Of a DNA stretch of 64,000 nt, positions 10,035 to 18,869 are shown piece after piece; the stretch's first letter is position 1, and each line of letters opens with the position of its first letter. This DNA comes from Nanobdellota archaeon. Its GTDB lineage: Archaea > Aenigmatarchaeota > Aenigmatarchaeia > Aenigmatarchaeales > Aenigmatarchaeaceae. The DNA is taken from assembly GCA_018901655.1 (NCBI GenBank), contig JAHIEG010000004.1, forward strand, positions 4,267 to 68,266, given 5' to 3'. The notes under the pieces were generated by a model. It saw only the letters and a list, made by a program, of their open reading frames with translations. It ran no database searches and was not told the origin of the DNA. The position numbers and the translations under genes are program-made.

Positions 10035-10287
10035 AGTTTCGGGAGAAGCTTTCTATAGATCAAGACATAATAATTGTTTAAATCGAAGAACAATCTATTA
10101 TGCTATATTCTCTGCTATTACTGGGATTATAGCTGGATGGTCTCTAACACTGTTTAAAAGCGATATATTTTTTGCTATAGGTATGACTCTACTAATAACA
10201 TCTGTAATTTGGATGACAATTATCAATGATAAAATATCTATTTTAGAAAATGAAATATTTTTAATTGAAAAACAGTTTGCTGATTGA
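10009..10287 (+). CDS. membrane protein, hypothetical
   Basis: ORF with two TM segments. Start uncertain. Confidence 0.3.
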   Translation: MLELPNQNKVSGEAFYRSRHNNCLNRRTIYYAIFSAITGIIAGWSLTLFKSDIFFAIGMTLLITSVIWMTIINDKISILENEIFLIEKQFAD

Positions 10288-10292
10288 ATAGA

Positions 10293-10312
10293 CTTAAATC
10301 CTTTTCTGTCTA
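10293..10312 (+). promoter_or_regulatory. TATA-box promoter (CTTAAATCC) + conserved TTTTCTGTCTA element, 23 nt upstream of ATG 10322 (leaderless)
   Basis: The same composite motif recurs at 14588 and 18840. Spacing to the ATG is constant. Confidence 0.5.
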
Positions 10313-10321
10313 AGTCTATTT

Positions 10322-10789
10322 ATGGAATATGAAATATGGATCGATTTAGTAAGATATAAAGAATATACTGGTAATATTGATATTGATTTAACAAAATTTA
10401 TTTTTGGGACTGGAGAAGGTGCTGATGAATATAATTATCATCCTTCTGATAAATGGGACGACAGACTAACAACTATAGGTTTTGAACACGGATCCAATCC
10501 GTGGGCCGAAATATTAGCTAAAAATTATACTAAAGAAGAAATGAAAAAATATGAAATAGAAGAACCAGAGTGCTCAAGAATTGGTTGGAAATTTACATTA
10601 GATTCTGATGATAAAGCAAAAGAAATGGCTAATTTTCTAATTAAAAAATCTAAAGAATTTATGTTAACTGATATAGAAGAATGGTCTGGTAAGCCTAGAT
10701 CAAAAGAAGAAAAAAATATACCAGGTGCAATATATAAGATTGGCAAAGATGGTATTGAAAAATTAAAAATTACTGAATTAGAAGATTAA
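10322..10789 (+). CDS. hypothetical acidic protein
   Basis: 155-aa ORF preceded by the conserved promoter. No family assignment. Confidence 0.45.
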   Translation: MEYEIWIDLVRYKEYTGNIDIDLTKFIFGTGEGADEYNYHPSDKWDDRLTTIGFEHGSNPWAEILAKNYTKEEMKKYEIEEPECSRIGWKFTLDSDDKAKEMANFLIKKSKEFMLTDIEEWSGKPRSKEEKNIPGAIYKIGKDGIEKLKITELED

Positions 10790-11532
10790 TATTCTTCAGA
10801 CGAATCCCACATTTCATCAAACTTAACTTTATAATCTGTATTACAATTCAAAAACCAAAGACCCTTACCTTCTTTATCAACTGTAATACCATGACGTTCA
10901 TCCATAACCATTATGTAAGGCCAGGCTTTCCCCAATCTAAATGCGATTCCTATTTTCTTAAGTCCATCCATTCGATCAGAATCAATTTCATTAGAAATTA
11001 TTTTAATCTTAACTCCTCTTTTTACTGCTCTTCTTAATGCATCTAAAATTAAAATATTATCAAAAAACCTTTGAGTTGTAATCAATAGTTCTTCTTTTGA
11101 TACATCAATTAAAAACGAGGCTCTATCTTCAAAATTCTTTTCATACTGTTCATACATTTTTTCTCCAAACCATACAACGTCTGTTCTAACAATTCCTTTA
11201 TACAGTTCTTCAAGTTTATCAAACATTCCACGCTTGTCAATGTATTTTTTTGTAACATAACTAAATAATCTTGGAAACGGATTAGCTGATCTTGCTAACC
11301 AAAATACTTTATTTTTACCAGCTATACTTTCAACAACTCCTTTTTGTTGAAGAGAATAAAGATACTTATATGCATTTGTAACTGACATGTCTAATTCATT
11401 TGCAATCGTTACTGCTGTAAATTTTGCCATATCTCGATTTTCTAAATTAAGCATGGCTCTAATCATTTTAACTTCTACGTCATCAAACTCGCCAGTTTGT
11501 TTTAATATATCACAGAATTCTTGTTTACTCAT
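10786..11532 (-). CDS. HTH transcriptional regulator, TrmB-like (N-terminal wHTH + C-terminal effector domain)
   Basis: N-terminal …FTAVTIANELDMSVTNAYKYLYSLQQKGVV… wHTH. Overall length and architecture are TrmB-like. Confidence 0.45.
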   Translation of the reverse strand: MSKQEFCDILKQTGEFDDVEVKMIRAMLNLENRDMAKFTAVTIANELDMSVTNAYKYLYSLQQKGVVESIAGKNKVFWLARSANPFPRLFSYVTKKYIDKRGMFDKLEELYKGIVRTDVVWFGEKMYEQYEKNFEDRASFLIDVSKEELLITTQRFFDNILILDALRRAVKRGVKIKIISNEIDSDRMDGLKKIGIAFRLGKAWPYIMVMDERHGITVDKEGKGLWFLNCNTDYKVKFDEMWDSSEEY

Positions 11533-11574
11533 AAATTATAAATTGTCTTATAATCTTTATAATGTTATCGGTTA

Positions 11575-11922
11575 TTATATACTAGCATATAATTCGTCCT
11601 TATTTACATGATAAGTGGTTTCTCCACCAATTTCCTCAAAAGTAAGATACCCCTTTTCTAAACAAGATGCGATATATTCGGCTGGATGTTTTTTTGAACC
11701 TATTAATGTTTTAACTAATTTATCAGGTTGTTTTTCTTTTCCTATAAACGCAGCAATTACTTCATATGCTTCTTTTTCTTCAATTCCTTCTGGATAAAAA
11801 AGTTCAAATCTTCTTACAATAAGCTTTTCAATATCAGGTCCATCGCTTCTAGTCAGTTTAGCATCAAACATTCCATCTTTTTTAGTTACTTTAATATTAA
11901 ACATTTTTTCCTCAAAAGCCAT
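11575..11922 (-). CDS. hypothetical protein (start chosen at MAFEEK…; track ORF extends to 11958)
   Basis: ORF only. Confidence 0.4.
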   Translation of the reverse strand: MAFEEKMFNIKVTKKDGMFDAKLTRSDGPDIEKLIVRRFELFYPEGIEEKEAYEVIAAFIGKEKQPDKLVKTLIGSKKHPAEYIASCLEKGYLTFEEIGGETTYHVNKDELYASI

Positions 11923-11946
11923 AACAAGTATGTTAACCAATAAACA

Positions 11947-11953
11947 TTTAAAT
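11947..11953 (+). promoter_or_regulatory. TATA box (TTTAAAT), 23 nt upstream of the FKBP gene ATG
   Basis: Same spacing as the other leaderless promoters in the window. Confidence 0.4.
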
Positions 11954-11975
11954 ATCACATAACCAAATAAACACC

Positions 11976-12677
11976 ATGGAAAAGAATGATTTCGTTAGAA
12001 TAAAGTACGATGCAAAAATTAAAGAAGGAAGTATAGAATTTGATAAATCAGAAGATATGCCTTTAGTTGTAGGGGCAAATTGGGTAATGAAACCAATTGA
12101 TGATGCTTTACTTAGTATGAAAGTTTCTGAAAAAAAGACAATAGAAATATTACCAGAACAAGGATATGGCCCAAGAGATGTTAAAATGATTAAAACTATT
12201 CCTTTAGCTGAATTTAAAAAACATGGTCAAAAACCAGTTCCAGGAATGATAATGAATATGGACAATAAGGCTGGTAAAATACTTTCTGTTACAGGTGGAA
12301 GGGTTAAAGTTGATCTTAATCATCCTCTAGCTGGAAAAACTCTAATATTTAATTTAGAAATTACTGAAAAAATTGAAGGTCCTGAAAACAAGATAAGAAT
12401 GATTATTGAATGGTTTATAAAACCAAGAACAGGGCCAGATGTACAACTATTAAAAGATATTAAAATTACAATAGTTGGTAAAGAAGTTGAATTAGATTTG
12501 CCACCTTTAGTGTCTCTAAATTCAATGTATAAGAAAAAGATTTCCGAAGATGTAACAAACTTACTTGATATGGAATCTGTAAAATATGTTGAAATTTTTA
12601 AAAAGCCAACTGCTTTAGATAAAAAGAAAATTGAAGAACTAAACGCAAAATTACCAGTAACCGAAATTAATAACTAA
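11976..12677 (+). CDS. FKBP-type peptidyl-prolyl cis-trans isomerase (archaeal long FKBP/SlyD-like with IF domain)
   Basis: FKBP core motifs (…PLVVGANWVMKPIDDAL…, …EQGYGPRD…, …HPLAGKTLIFNLEI…). Confidence 0.85.
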   Translation: MEKNDFVRIKYDAKIKEGSIEFDKSEDMPLVVGANWVMKPIDDALLSMKVSEKKTIEILPEQGYGPRDVKMIKTIPLAEFKKHGQKPVPGMIMNMDNKAGKILSVTGGRVKVDLNHPLAGKTLIFNLEITEKIEGPENKIRMIIEWFIKPRTGPDVQLLKDIKITIVGKEVELDLPPLVSLNSMYKKKISEDVTNLLDMESVKYVEIFKKPTALDKKKIEELNAKLPVTEINN

Positions 12678-13351
12678 AATTCTCCAGCAATTTCTTGTTT
12701 TAATCTTTTGAAGAAATCGGACATATATTCTAATCTTTCTTTTGCAACTTGTTTTCCTTTTTCAGTATAAAGTTTATTTGAAATAAATTTAAATTTAGTT
12801 TCATATTCCATTTGCGGTGAATGTTTATGAGGATCTTTAATTCTTCCTGTTATTTTTCCTTCAACAAAATTTTCCTTAACATATTCTTCAACACTTTGTT
12901 CCGTATACATTATTTGTCCATACTGACCGTTTGAAGTAAATGATCTAGCAAGCCCTATTGCCCCAAGCACATCAATTTTATCTGCATCAAATAATATTTT
13001 AGCTTCTATTGTTTCAGCTTTAATTTCACCCCTATATCGATGTGCTGAAATACAATGTGATATTTTATCGATGTCCTCATTTGAATAATTAAAATTTAAT
13101 AAAATCTCACCAGCCATTTTCGCACCAATGGTCGCATGATCAGTATTACCAGAATTGTCAGAATCCTCCTTTATTCTTCCAATATCGTGTAATAACACTG
13201 CAGGTTTTAAAATACCTAAATCAACATCTTGCTCATGTGAGGCTAAATATAATGATATATTGTATACTCTATTGGTATGGTCCATATCATGAGTTTTACA
13301 AACAAGTATATCAGCTACAATTTCTCTTATTTTTTCAATATTATGATCCAT
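12674..13351 (-). CDS. HD-domain phosphohydrolase
   Basis: H…HD…LLHDIG…D motifs. Start placed at MDHNIEK… because the palindromic TATA GGATTTAAATCC (13373..13384) lies 24 nt upstream of it. The track's N-terminal extension to 13411 would include the promoter. Confidence 0.7.
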   Translation of the reverse strand: MDHNIEKIREIVADILVCKTHDMDHTNRVYNISLYLASHEQDVDLGILKPAVLLHDIGRIKEDSDNSGNTDHATIGAKMAGEILLNFNYSNEDIDKISHCISAHRYRGEIKAETIEAKILFDADKIDVLGAIGLARSFTSNGQYGQIMYTEQSVEEYVKENFVEGKITGRIKDPHKHSPQMEYETKFKFISNKLYTEKGKQVAKERLEYMSDFFKRLKQEIAGEF

Positions 13352-13478
13352 ATTAATCATATAGAACAAAAAGGATTTAAATCCAACATTATATTCTAAA
13401 ATATAATGCATTTGTTAAGCAGAGAAAACCTTAAATACGTTCTCACACAGAATATAAACCATAAGTTAGGGTGATTGA

Positions 13479-14555
13479 ATGATAAAAAATGATTTAAGTT
13501 TCGCAGATGCAAAAGTAGTAGATGAAGATTTAAGAAAACTTCTAGAAGCACGACAAGCTCACATAAAAGTTATTGGAGTAGGCGGTGCTGGAAATAATAC
13601 AATTTCTAGAATGATGCAAGTAGGTGTTGAAGGAATAGAAATAATCGCAGTTAATACTGATGCACAAGATTTACTTTATACTGACGCAGATAATAAAGTT
13701 TTAATTGGTAAAGAATTAACAAAGGGACTTGGCGCTGGAGCAAATCCTAAAGTTGGAGAAGAAGGTGCTAAAGAAAATAGACAAGAACTAAAAGAAGCAA
13801 TAAAAGGAGCTGATTTAGTTTTTATAACATGTGGATTAGGTGGAGGAACCGGTACAGGTGCAGCACATGTAATTGCTGAAGTGGCTAAAAAAGAAGGAGC
13901 ACTTGTTATTGGAATTGTAACTTTACCTTTCACGATGGAAGGTCAAGGACGACTTGACAATGCATTATATGGATTAGGACAATTGGAAAAAATAGCTGAT
14001 ACATTAATTGTTGTTCCAAATGACAAATTATTAGATCTGGTTCCTGACATATCAATTGTAACTGCATTTAAGGTTTCTGATGAAATTCTTGTAAACGCTG
14101 TAAAAGGTATAACAGAATTAATTACAAAGCCAGGATTGGTTAATTTAGATTTCGCAGATGTTAGAACTGTAATGGGTAAAGGTGGATTATCTATGATTGG
14201 TATTGGGGAATCTGATACTGAAAATAGAGCACTCGAAGCCGTACAAAAAGCTTTAAACAATCCATTACTAGATGTTGAAATTCAAGGAGCAACTGGAGCA
14301 TTAATAAATGTTCTTGGTGGATCTGAAATGAGTATAAAAGAATGTCAACAAATTGTTGAATCGGTTTCTAGCAAATTAGCAGATGGAGCAAAAATAATCT
14401 GGGGTGCTCAAATTGAAAAGGATCTTGGAGATAAAGTCAAAGCAATGATTATTGTTACTGGCGTTGTTTCTGGTGATCCTGGAAAAATTGGGTTTTCAAA
14501 ACAAAAACAGAGTGAGATTGAACAGATACTTGGAATTGACTTTGTTGGCGAATAA
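13479..14555 (+). CDS. ftsZ: cell division GTPase FtsZ
   Basis: GVGGAGNN and GLGGGTGTGAA tubulin signature. SD GGTGA lies 5 nt upstream. Confidence 0.95.
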   Translation: MIKNDLSFADAKVVDEDLRKLLEARQAHIKVIGVGGAGNNTISRMMQVGVEGIEIIAVNTDAQDLLYTDADNKVLIGKELTKGLGAGANPKVGEEGAKENRQELKEAIKGADLVFITCGLGGGTGTGAAHVIAEVAKKEGALVIGIVTLPFTMEGQGRLDNALYGLGQLEKIADTLIVVPNDKLLDLVPDISIVTAFKVSDEILVNAVKGITELITKPGLVNLDFADVRTVMGKGGLSMIGIGESDTENRALEAVQKALNNPLLDVEIQGATGALINVLGGSEMSIKECQQIVESVSSKLADGAKIIWGAQIEKDLGDKVKAMIIVTGVVSGDPGKIGFSKQKQSEIEQILGIDFVGE

Positions 14556-14587
14556 AAATCATATTATGTTGGAGTAAGAATAAACAT

Positions 14588-14608
14588 TTAAATACTTCTC
14601 TGTCTAAT
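14588..14608 (+). promoter_or_regulatory. TATA box + CTTCTCTGTCTAA element upstream of secE
   Basis: TTTAAATAC followed by TCTGTCTAA, nearly identical to 10301..10313. Confidence 0.45.
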
Positions 14609-14633
14609 AGAAATTAGTTTCTAAGTGATTATT

Positions 14634-15038
14634 ATGGAAGAAATGGGAAAACCAGATGAAGAACCAAAAGAAGCTCCAGAAGAGCAAGTTCAGCCTATAG
14701 AAGTTAAAGAAGAGCCTAAGCCTGAGGTAAAAGAAGGAACAATGAATAAGAGGAGCTGGTTTAAGAAAAAAAAGAAAGAAAAAGAGAAAAGAGAAACAAC
14801 AATTATCCAAGAAACAGCTAAAAAGCAAAGAAAGCCGTTTTTTAAATTTAAGAAAAGACAACCTGGAGAACCTGGTAAAATAAAGAAAACAATATCTCAA
14901 TGGAAACGTACTTTAGAAGTAGCTAGAAAACCAGGGAAAGAAGAATATTTGGCTTCTGCAAAAATAACAGGTATAGGAATAGCTTTATTAGGTTTCATTG
15001 GTTTTATTATATTCATGCTTTTCCAATTGGTGAAATGA
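14634..15038 (+). CDS. secE: preprotein translocase subunit SecE/Sec61-gamma with a Lys/Glu-rich N-terminal extension
   Basis: C-terminal …KPGKEEYLASAKITGIGIALLGFIGFIIFMLFQLV matches the SecE TM/amphipathic region. Position between ftsZ and spt5 matches the conserved archaeal gene order. The track starts at GTG 14625. Confidence 0.7.
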   Translation: MEEMGKPDEEPKEAPEEQVQPIEVKEEPKPEVKEGTMNKRSWFKKKKKEKEKRETTIIQETAKKQRKPFFKFKKRQPGEPGKIKKTISQWKRTLEVARKPGKEEYLASAKITGIGIALLGFIGFIIFMLFQLVK

Positions 15039-15039
15039 A

Positions 15040-15492
15040 ATGATTTACATATTAAGAACAACATCTGGTCGAGAAAATGCTGTAATAGGTGCATTAGAAA
15101 CAAGACTAAGTACAGGAACGAGCGGAATTAAAGCATTATTACATCCTGGTGAGCTAAAAGGCTATTTATTCGTAGAAGGAGAATTACACGATATTGAAGA
15201 AACATTAAAAAATGTTCCACATATTAGAGGCATGATTAAAAAAGCATTACCTGTTTCAGAATTACAAAAGTTCCTTGAAACCAAAAAGATTGAAATGGAA
15301 GTAAGTAGAGGAGATATTGTAGAAGTAGTAGGTGGTCCATTTAAAAATGAAAAAGGTAAAATTACAAGAGTTGATGATTCGAGAGAAGAAGTTACAATTG
15401 AACTTTTAGAAGCTGCAATACCAATTCCAATTACAGTAGGTATGGCTTCAATAAGAGTATTAGAAAAAGCAGATGGTGAAAAGAGTGAGTAA
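15040..15492 (+). CDS. spt5: transcription elongation factor Spt5 (NusG homologue): NGN + KOW
   Basis: KOW motif GDIVEVVGGPFKNEKGKITRVD. Conserved position before rpl11. Confidence 0.85.
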   Translation: MIYILRTTSGRENAVIGALETRLSTGTSGIKALLHPGELKGYLFVEGELHDIEETLKNVPHIRGMIKKALPVSELQKFLETKKIEMEVSRGDIVEVVGGPFKNEKGKITRVDDSREEVTIELLEAAIPIPITVGMASIRVLEKADGEKSE

Positions 15493-16000
15493 AACAACAA
15501 TTAAATTATTAATAAGTGGTGGAAAAGCAAGCGCAGGTCCTCCATTAGGTCCAGCTCTAGCACCTCTAAAAATGAATATTCAAGAAATAGTAAAAGCTAT
15601 TAATGATAAGACAAAGGATTTTGCAGGAATTGATGTTCCAGTTAGTGTAGTAGTAGATACTACTGATAAGAGTTACAAAATTGTAGTTGGATCTCCACCT
15701 ACATCATCTCTGATTAAAAAGGAACTTGGTCTTCAAAAATTATCAAAAGCAGCTTTTGGAACCTATACCCCAAAAGAAGGAGAACAGGTTGTTCCTTTTA
15801 TAGGTGATTTAACAATGGATCAAATTATAAAAATTGCAAAGGCAAAAGGTGATAATTTACTAACTCATAAATTCAAATCAGGTGTGAAACAAATTGCTTC
15901 TTCTTGTGTAAGCAATGGTTGTACTATTGAAGGAAAACATCCTAAAGAAATTGTTCAAGAAATTGAAGAAGGAGTTTGGGATGAAAAAATAAATGGTTAG
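15473..16000 (+). CDS. rpl11: 50S ribosomal protein L11 (uL11)
   Basis: …GGKASAGPPLGPALAPL… signature. Confidence 0.9.
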   Translation: MVKRVSKTTIKLLISGGKASAGPPLGPALAPLKMNIQEIVKAINDKTKDFAGIDVPVSVVVDTTDKSYKIVVGSPPTSSLIKKELGLQKLSKAAFGTYTPKEGEQVVPFIGDLTMDQIIKIAKAKGDNLLTHKFKSGVKQIASSCVSNGCTIEGKHPKEIVQEIEEGVWDEKING

Positions 16001-16003
16001 ATT

Positions 16004-16537
16004 ATGTCTAACATTGAAGTTGAAATAAGAAGTTTTATTACAAAAGAACAATTTGAAAATCTATTAGAATTCTTTAAAACCAATGCAACTTTAGATAAAA
16101 CAGATTATCAAGAAACATATTATTTTGATTGTGAACAAGATCTTCGAATTCAGAAAAATAATTCTGGATGTAAAGTTTGGTTAAAAGAAGGTAAAATTCA
16201 TGATGATCATAGAAAAGAAATTGAAATTAGATTAGAAGGTAAAGATTTTGAAAAACTAGAAGATTTGTTTAAATCTCTAGGACACGGAGTACAAGTTAAA
16301 TGGTTTAGAGAACGAAATCAATTTGATTGGAATGGAATTAAAGTCTGTTTAGATTATACTAAAGGATATGGCTACATAATTGAATTAGAAAAGATGGCTT
16401 CTGAAGATAATAAGCAAGAAATTTTGTTAGAACTTAAACAGCGATTAAAAGAACTAAACGTCCTAGAAACACCTAAGGAAGAATTCAAAACCAAATTTGA
16501 TTACTATACTAATAATTGGAAATCCCTAACTATGTAA
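16004..16537 (+). CDS. CYTH-domain (triphosphate tunnel metalloenzyme/CyaB-like) protein
   Basis: N-terminal EVEIR (ExExK-type) motif, about 175 aa, alternating charged beta-strand pattern typical of CYTH. Inserted between rpl11 and rpl1. Confidence 0.55.
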   Translation: MSNIEVEIRSFITKEQFENLLEFFKTNATLDKTDYQETYYFDCEQDLRIQKNNSGCKVWLKEGKIHDDHRKEIEIRLEGKDFEKLEDLFKSLGHGVQVKWFRERNQFDWNGIKVCLDYTKGYGYIIELEKMASEDNKQEILLELKQRLKELNVLETPKEEFKTKFDYYTNNWKSLTM

Positions 16538-16600
16538 ACTTTAAATACCTTTAATTTGTAATAATAATAACTGTTTCGACAGTACGCAGAGTGCGATAAC

Positions 16601-17227
16601 ATGAATCTAAAAGAAGCAATAAAAGAAGCAAGAAACACAGAACGTAAGTTTAAACAAACTTTTGATATTATAATTAATCTTAAAAATATTGATCTAAAAA
16701 GACCAGAAAATAGAATTAAGACCGATGTTAATTTACCAAAAGGATTAGGAAAACCATCTAAAATTGGTTTAATAGTTGATGCATTAGCTTCTGAAACAGT
16801 TGGTTTGGAAAATGTAATAGTAATTAAAAGGGACGAGTTAATAAAACTAGATAAAAAGAAAATTAAAAAATTATGTTCTGAAGTAAAAATGTTCTTAGCA
16901 GAAGCACCACTTATGCCTCTAGTTGGTAAACACATGGGTCAGGTATTAGCACCAAAAGGAATGATGCCAAAACCAATTCCAACTACATTAAAGGATCTAA
17001 AAGGACCAATTGCTAAGTTCACAAATGATGTTAAAATTAATGTTACAAAATCACCAACAGCACAAGCACCACTTGGTACAGTTGATATGTCTGATGAAGA
17101 TATTGAAATAAATGCTAAAGCTGTTATCAATGCTGTTTCAGCTGCTCTGCCAAGGGGTAAAGAACAAATAAAATCATTGTTGATTAAAACAACTATGGGT
17201 AAGCCTGTGAGGGTGAGCAAATGGTAG
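16601..17227 (+). CDS. rpl1: 50S ribosomal protein L1 (uL1)
   Basis: uL1 family similarity throughout. GC-richer structured leader immediately upstream (16570..16600). Confidence 0.9.
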   Translation: MNLKEAIKEARNTERKFKQTFDIIINLKNIDLKRPENRIKTDVNLPKGLGKPSKIGLIVDALASETVGLENVIVIKRDELIKLDKKKIKKLCSEVKMFLAEAPLMPLVGKHMGQVLAPKGMMPKPIPTTLKDLKGPIAKFTNDVKINVTKSPTAQAPLGTVDMSDEDIEINAKAVINAVSAALPRGKEQIKSLLIKTTMGKPVRVSKW

Positions 17228-18120
17228 GACGTGAATCTGTAAGTCAGGCTAAGATTGAACAAACATTAGATTTAACTAAAAACATTAATGAAAAAAAAAT
17301 AATCGCAATATTTGATGTTACTGGAATGCCTGCAGCTGCTTTACAAAAAATAAAGTACGAGCTTTATGGAACTGCTGACCTGAAATCTGTAAAAAAAAGT
17401 ATGTTGCTAAAAGCAGTTGATGCCTCTGAAAAAAACAGTCTTAAAGAATATGTAGTTGGTCAACCAGGAATAATATTTACTACAATGAATCCATTCAAAC
17501 TTTACAAAGTAATACAAAAAAGTAAAACAAATGTAACTGCAAAAGCTGGAGATATTGCACCAAATGATATTGAAGTTAAGGCAGGACCGACAGAATTAAT
17601 GCCTGGGCCAGCGATATCTACATTATCAAAAGCTGGTCTTCAGTCAAAAGTTGAAGGTGGAAAAATAGCAGTATTGAAAGATAAGGTTGTTGCAAAAGCT
17701 GGAGATAAAATAACAGCAGAACTAGCATCTGTATTAAGTATGTTAAAGATTGAACCAATGGAAGTTGGTCTTAATCTTAAAGCTGTATATGAAGATGGAG
17801 TTATTTACACGAGTGACATATTGTCAATAGATGAAGAGCAGGTACTAAATGATATGGTTTCAGGATATCATCGTGCAATTAATCTATCAATTGAAAGTGG
17901 ATTCATAACAAAAGAAGCAGTACCAATAATGATTACAAAAGCTTTCAATGAAGCAAGAAGTTTAGCACTTGAAGCTGGAATTGTAAGTAAAGATATTATT
18001 GGAGAAATACTTGCAAAAGCTGTTGCTGAAATGAAATCAGTTGAAGACAAAGTTGGTCCAATTAAAGTTGAAGAAACTAAAGAAGAAGTAGTTTCAGAAA
18101 ATACAGAGGTGAAAGAATAA
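17221..18120 (+). CDS. rpl10: 50S ribosomal protein L10/P0 (uL10)
   Basis: P0 family. Acidic C-terminal tail. Confidence 0.9.
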   Translation: MVGRESVSQAKIEQTLDLTKNINEKKIIAIFDVTGMPAAALQKIKYELYGTADLKSVKKSMLLKAVDASEKNSLKEYVVGQPGIIFTTMNPFKLYKVIQKSKTNVTAKAGDIAPNDIEVKAGPTELMPGPAISTLSKAGLQSKVEGGKIAVLKDKVVAKAGDKITAELASVLSMLKIEPMEVGLNLKAVYEDGVIYTSDILSIDEEQVLNDMVSGYHRAINLSIESGFITKEAVPIMITKAFNEARSLALEAGIVSKDIIGEILAKAVAEMKSVEDKVGPIKVEETKEEVVSENTEVKE

Positions 18121-18323
18121 TGGATGGCCCAAGAAAAAAAATAGACGGTAGTCGAGACAAGAGTAAAAAGGAAGAAAGGTATGTTGAGCCAGGACGTGTA
18201 AAAAGAGGATATGGGGAGGCTTTTTATACTGAAAATATAAGAACAGATGACTTATACAAAAAAGCAGATGGTGCTAGTCATACTAAAGAAGAAAATCTTA
18301 AAAAAGGTGAAAAAGATGAATGA
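18120..18323 (+). CDS. small basic hypothetical protein (67 aa)
   Basis: ORF only. Lies between rpl10 and rpl12. Confidence 0.3.
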   Translation: MDGPRKKIDGSRDKSKKEERYVEPGRVKRGYGEAFYTENIRTDDLYKKADGASHTKEENLKKGEKDE

Positions 18324-18483
18324 ATCAATAGTAAAAGGACAAGAAATTATGAAAGATTGTAAAGAAGCAATTTTTGAAATATTCAAAGATGATGATGTAC
18401 CAAAGGAGAATCTAATAGCGTGTATTAATTCTCTATTTATTTGGAGTACAAAGGAGATTTATTTTAAATCAAAAGATAGGTGA
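18316..18483 (+). CDS. small hypothetical protein (start at MNESIV…)
   Basis: ORF only. Confidence 0.3.
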   Translation: MNESIVKGQEIMKDCKEAIFEIFKDDDVPKENLIACINSLFIWSTKEIYFKSKDR

Positions 18484-18489
18484 TAAAAC

Positions 18490-18783
18490 ATGAATTACGT
18501 ATATGGAGCTTTATTACTTCACTCAGCTGGAAAACCAATTGAAGAAGCAGCATTAAAAGCAGTAATCGGTGCAACAGGAGAAGCAGCAAACGAAGCACAG
18601 ATTAAAGCTTTAGTATCAGCTTTAGATGGTGTAAATATTGAAGAAGCAATCGCAAAAGCAGCAATGCCAGTAGCAGTTGCAGGACCAGCAGTTGAAGCAA
18701 AAGCAGAAAAGAAAGAAAAAGCAGAAGATTCAGAAAAGAAAGCAGAATCAGCAGCTGAAGGATTAGGTGCACTGTTTGGATAA
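18490..18783 (+). CDS. rpl12: 50S ribosomal stalk protein L12/P1 (aL12)
   Basis: N-terminal dimerisation helix, Ala/Glu-rich hinge, C-terminal …EGLGALFG. Confidence 0.85.
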   Translation: MNYVYGALLLHSAGKPIEEAALKAVIGATGEAANEAQIKALVSALDGVNIEEAIAKAAMPVAVAGPAVEAKAEKKEKAEDSEKKAESAAEGLGALFG

Positions 18784-18839
18784 GGAATTTTATTGTTCCT
18801 ATGAATCCAAATGTGTAGTCTAGGCACTATTTCTAAGGG

Positions 18840-18859
18840 TTTAAATCCTTTTCGGTCTA
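18840..18859 (+). promoter_or_regulatory. TATA box (TTTAAATCC) + TTTTCGGTCTA element, 24 nt upstream of ATG 18870
   Basis: 19/20 identical to 10293..10312. Confidence 0.5.
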
Positions 18860-18869
18860 TATTATATTT

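Noticed and set aside
13676-14260. Two antisense ORFs inside ftsZ (85 and 105 aa)
   Set aside because: Both are embedded in a high-confidence gene, have Ser/Pro/Ala-rich atypical composition, and show no motif.
14604-14900. 98-aa ORF antisense to secE
   Set aside because: It is a low-complexity translation (F/L-rich) of the purine-rich secE extension on the opposite strand. It overlaps a well-supported gene.
18519-18827. 102-aa ORF antisense to rpl12
   Set aside because: Mirror translation of the Ala/Glu-rich rpl12 gene. Spurious.
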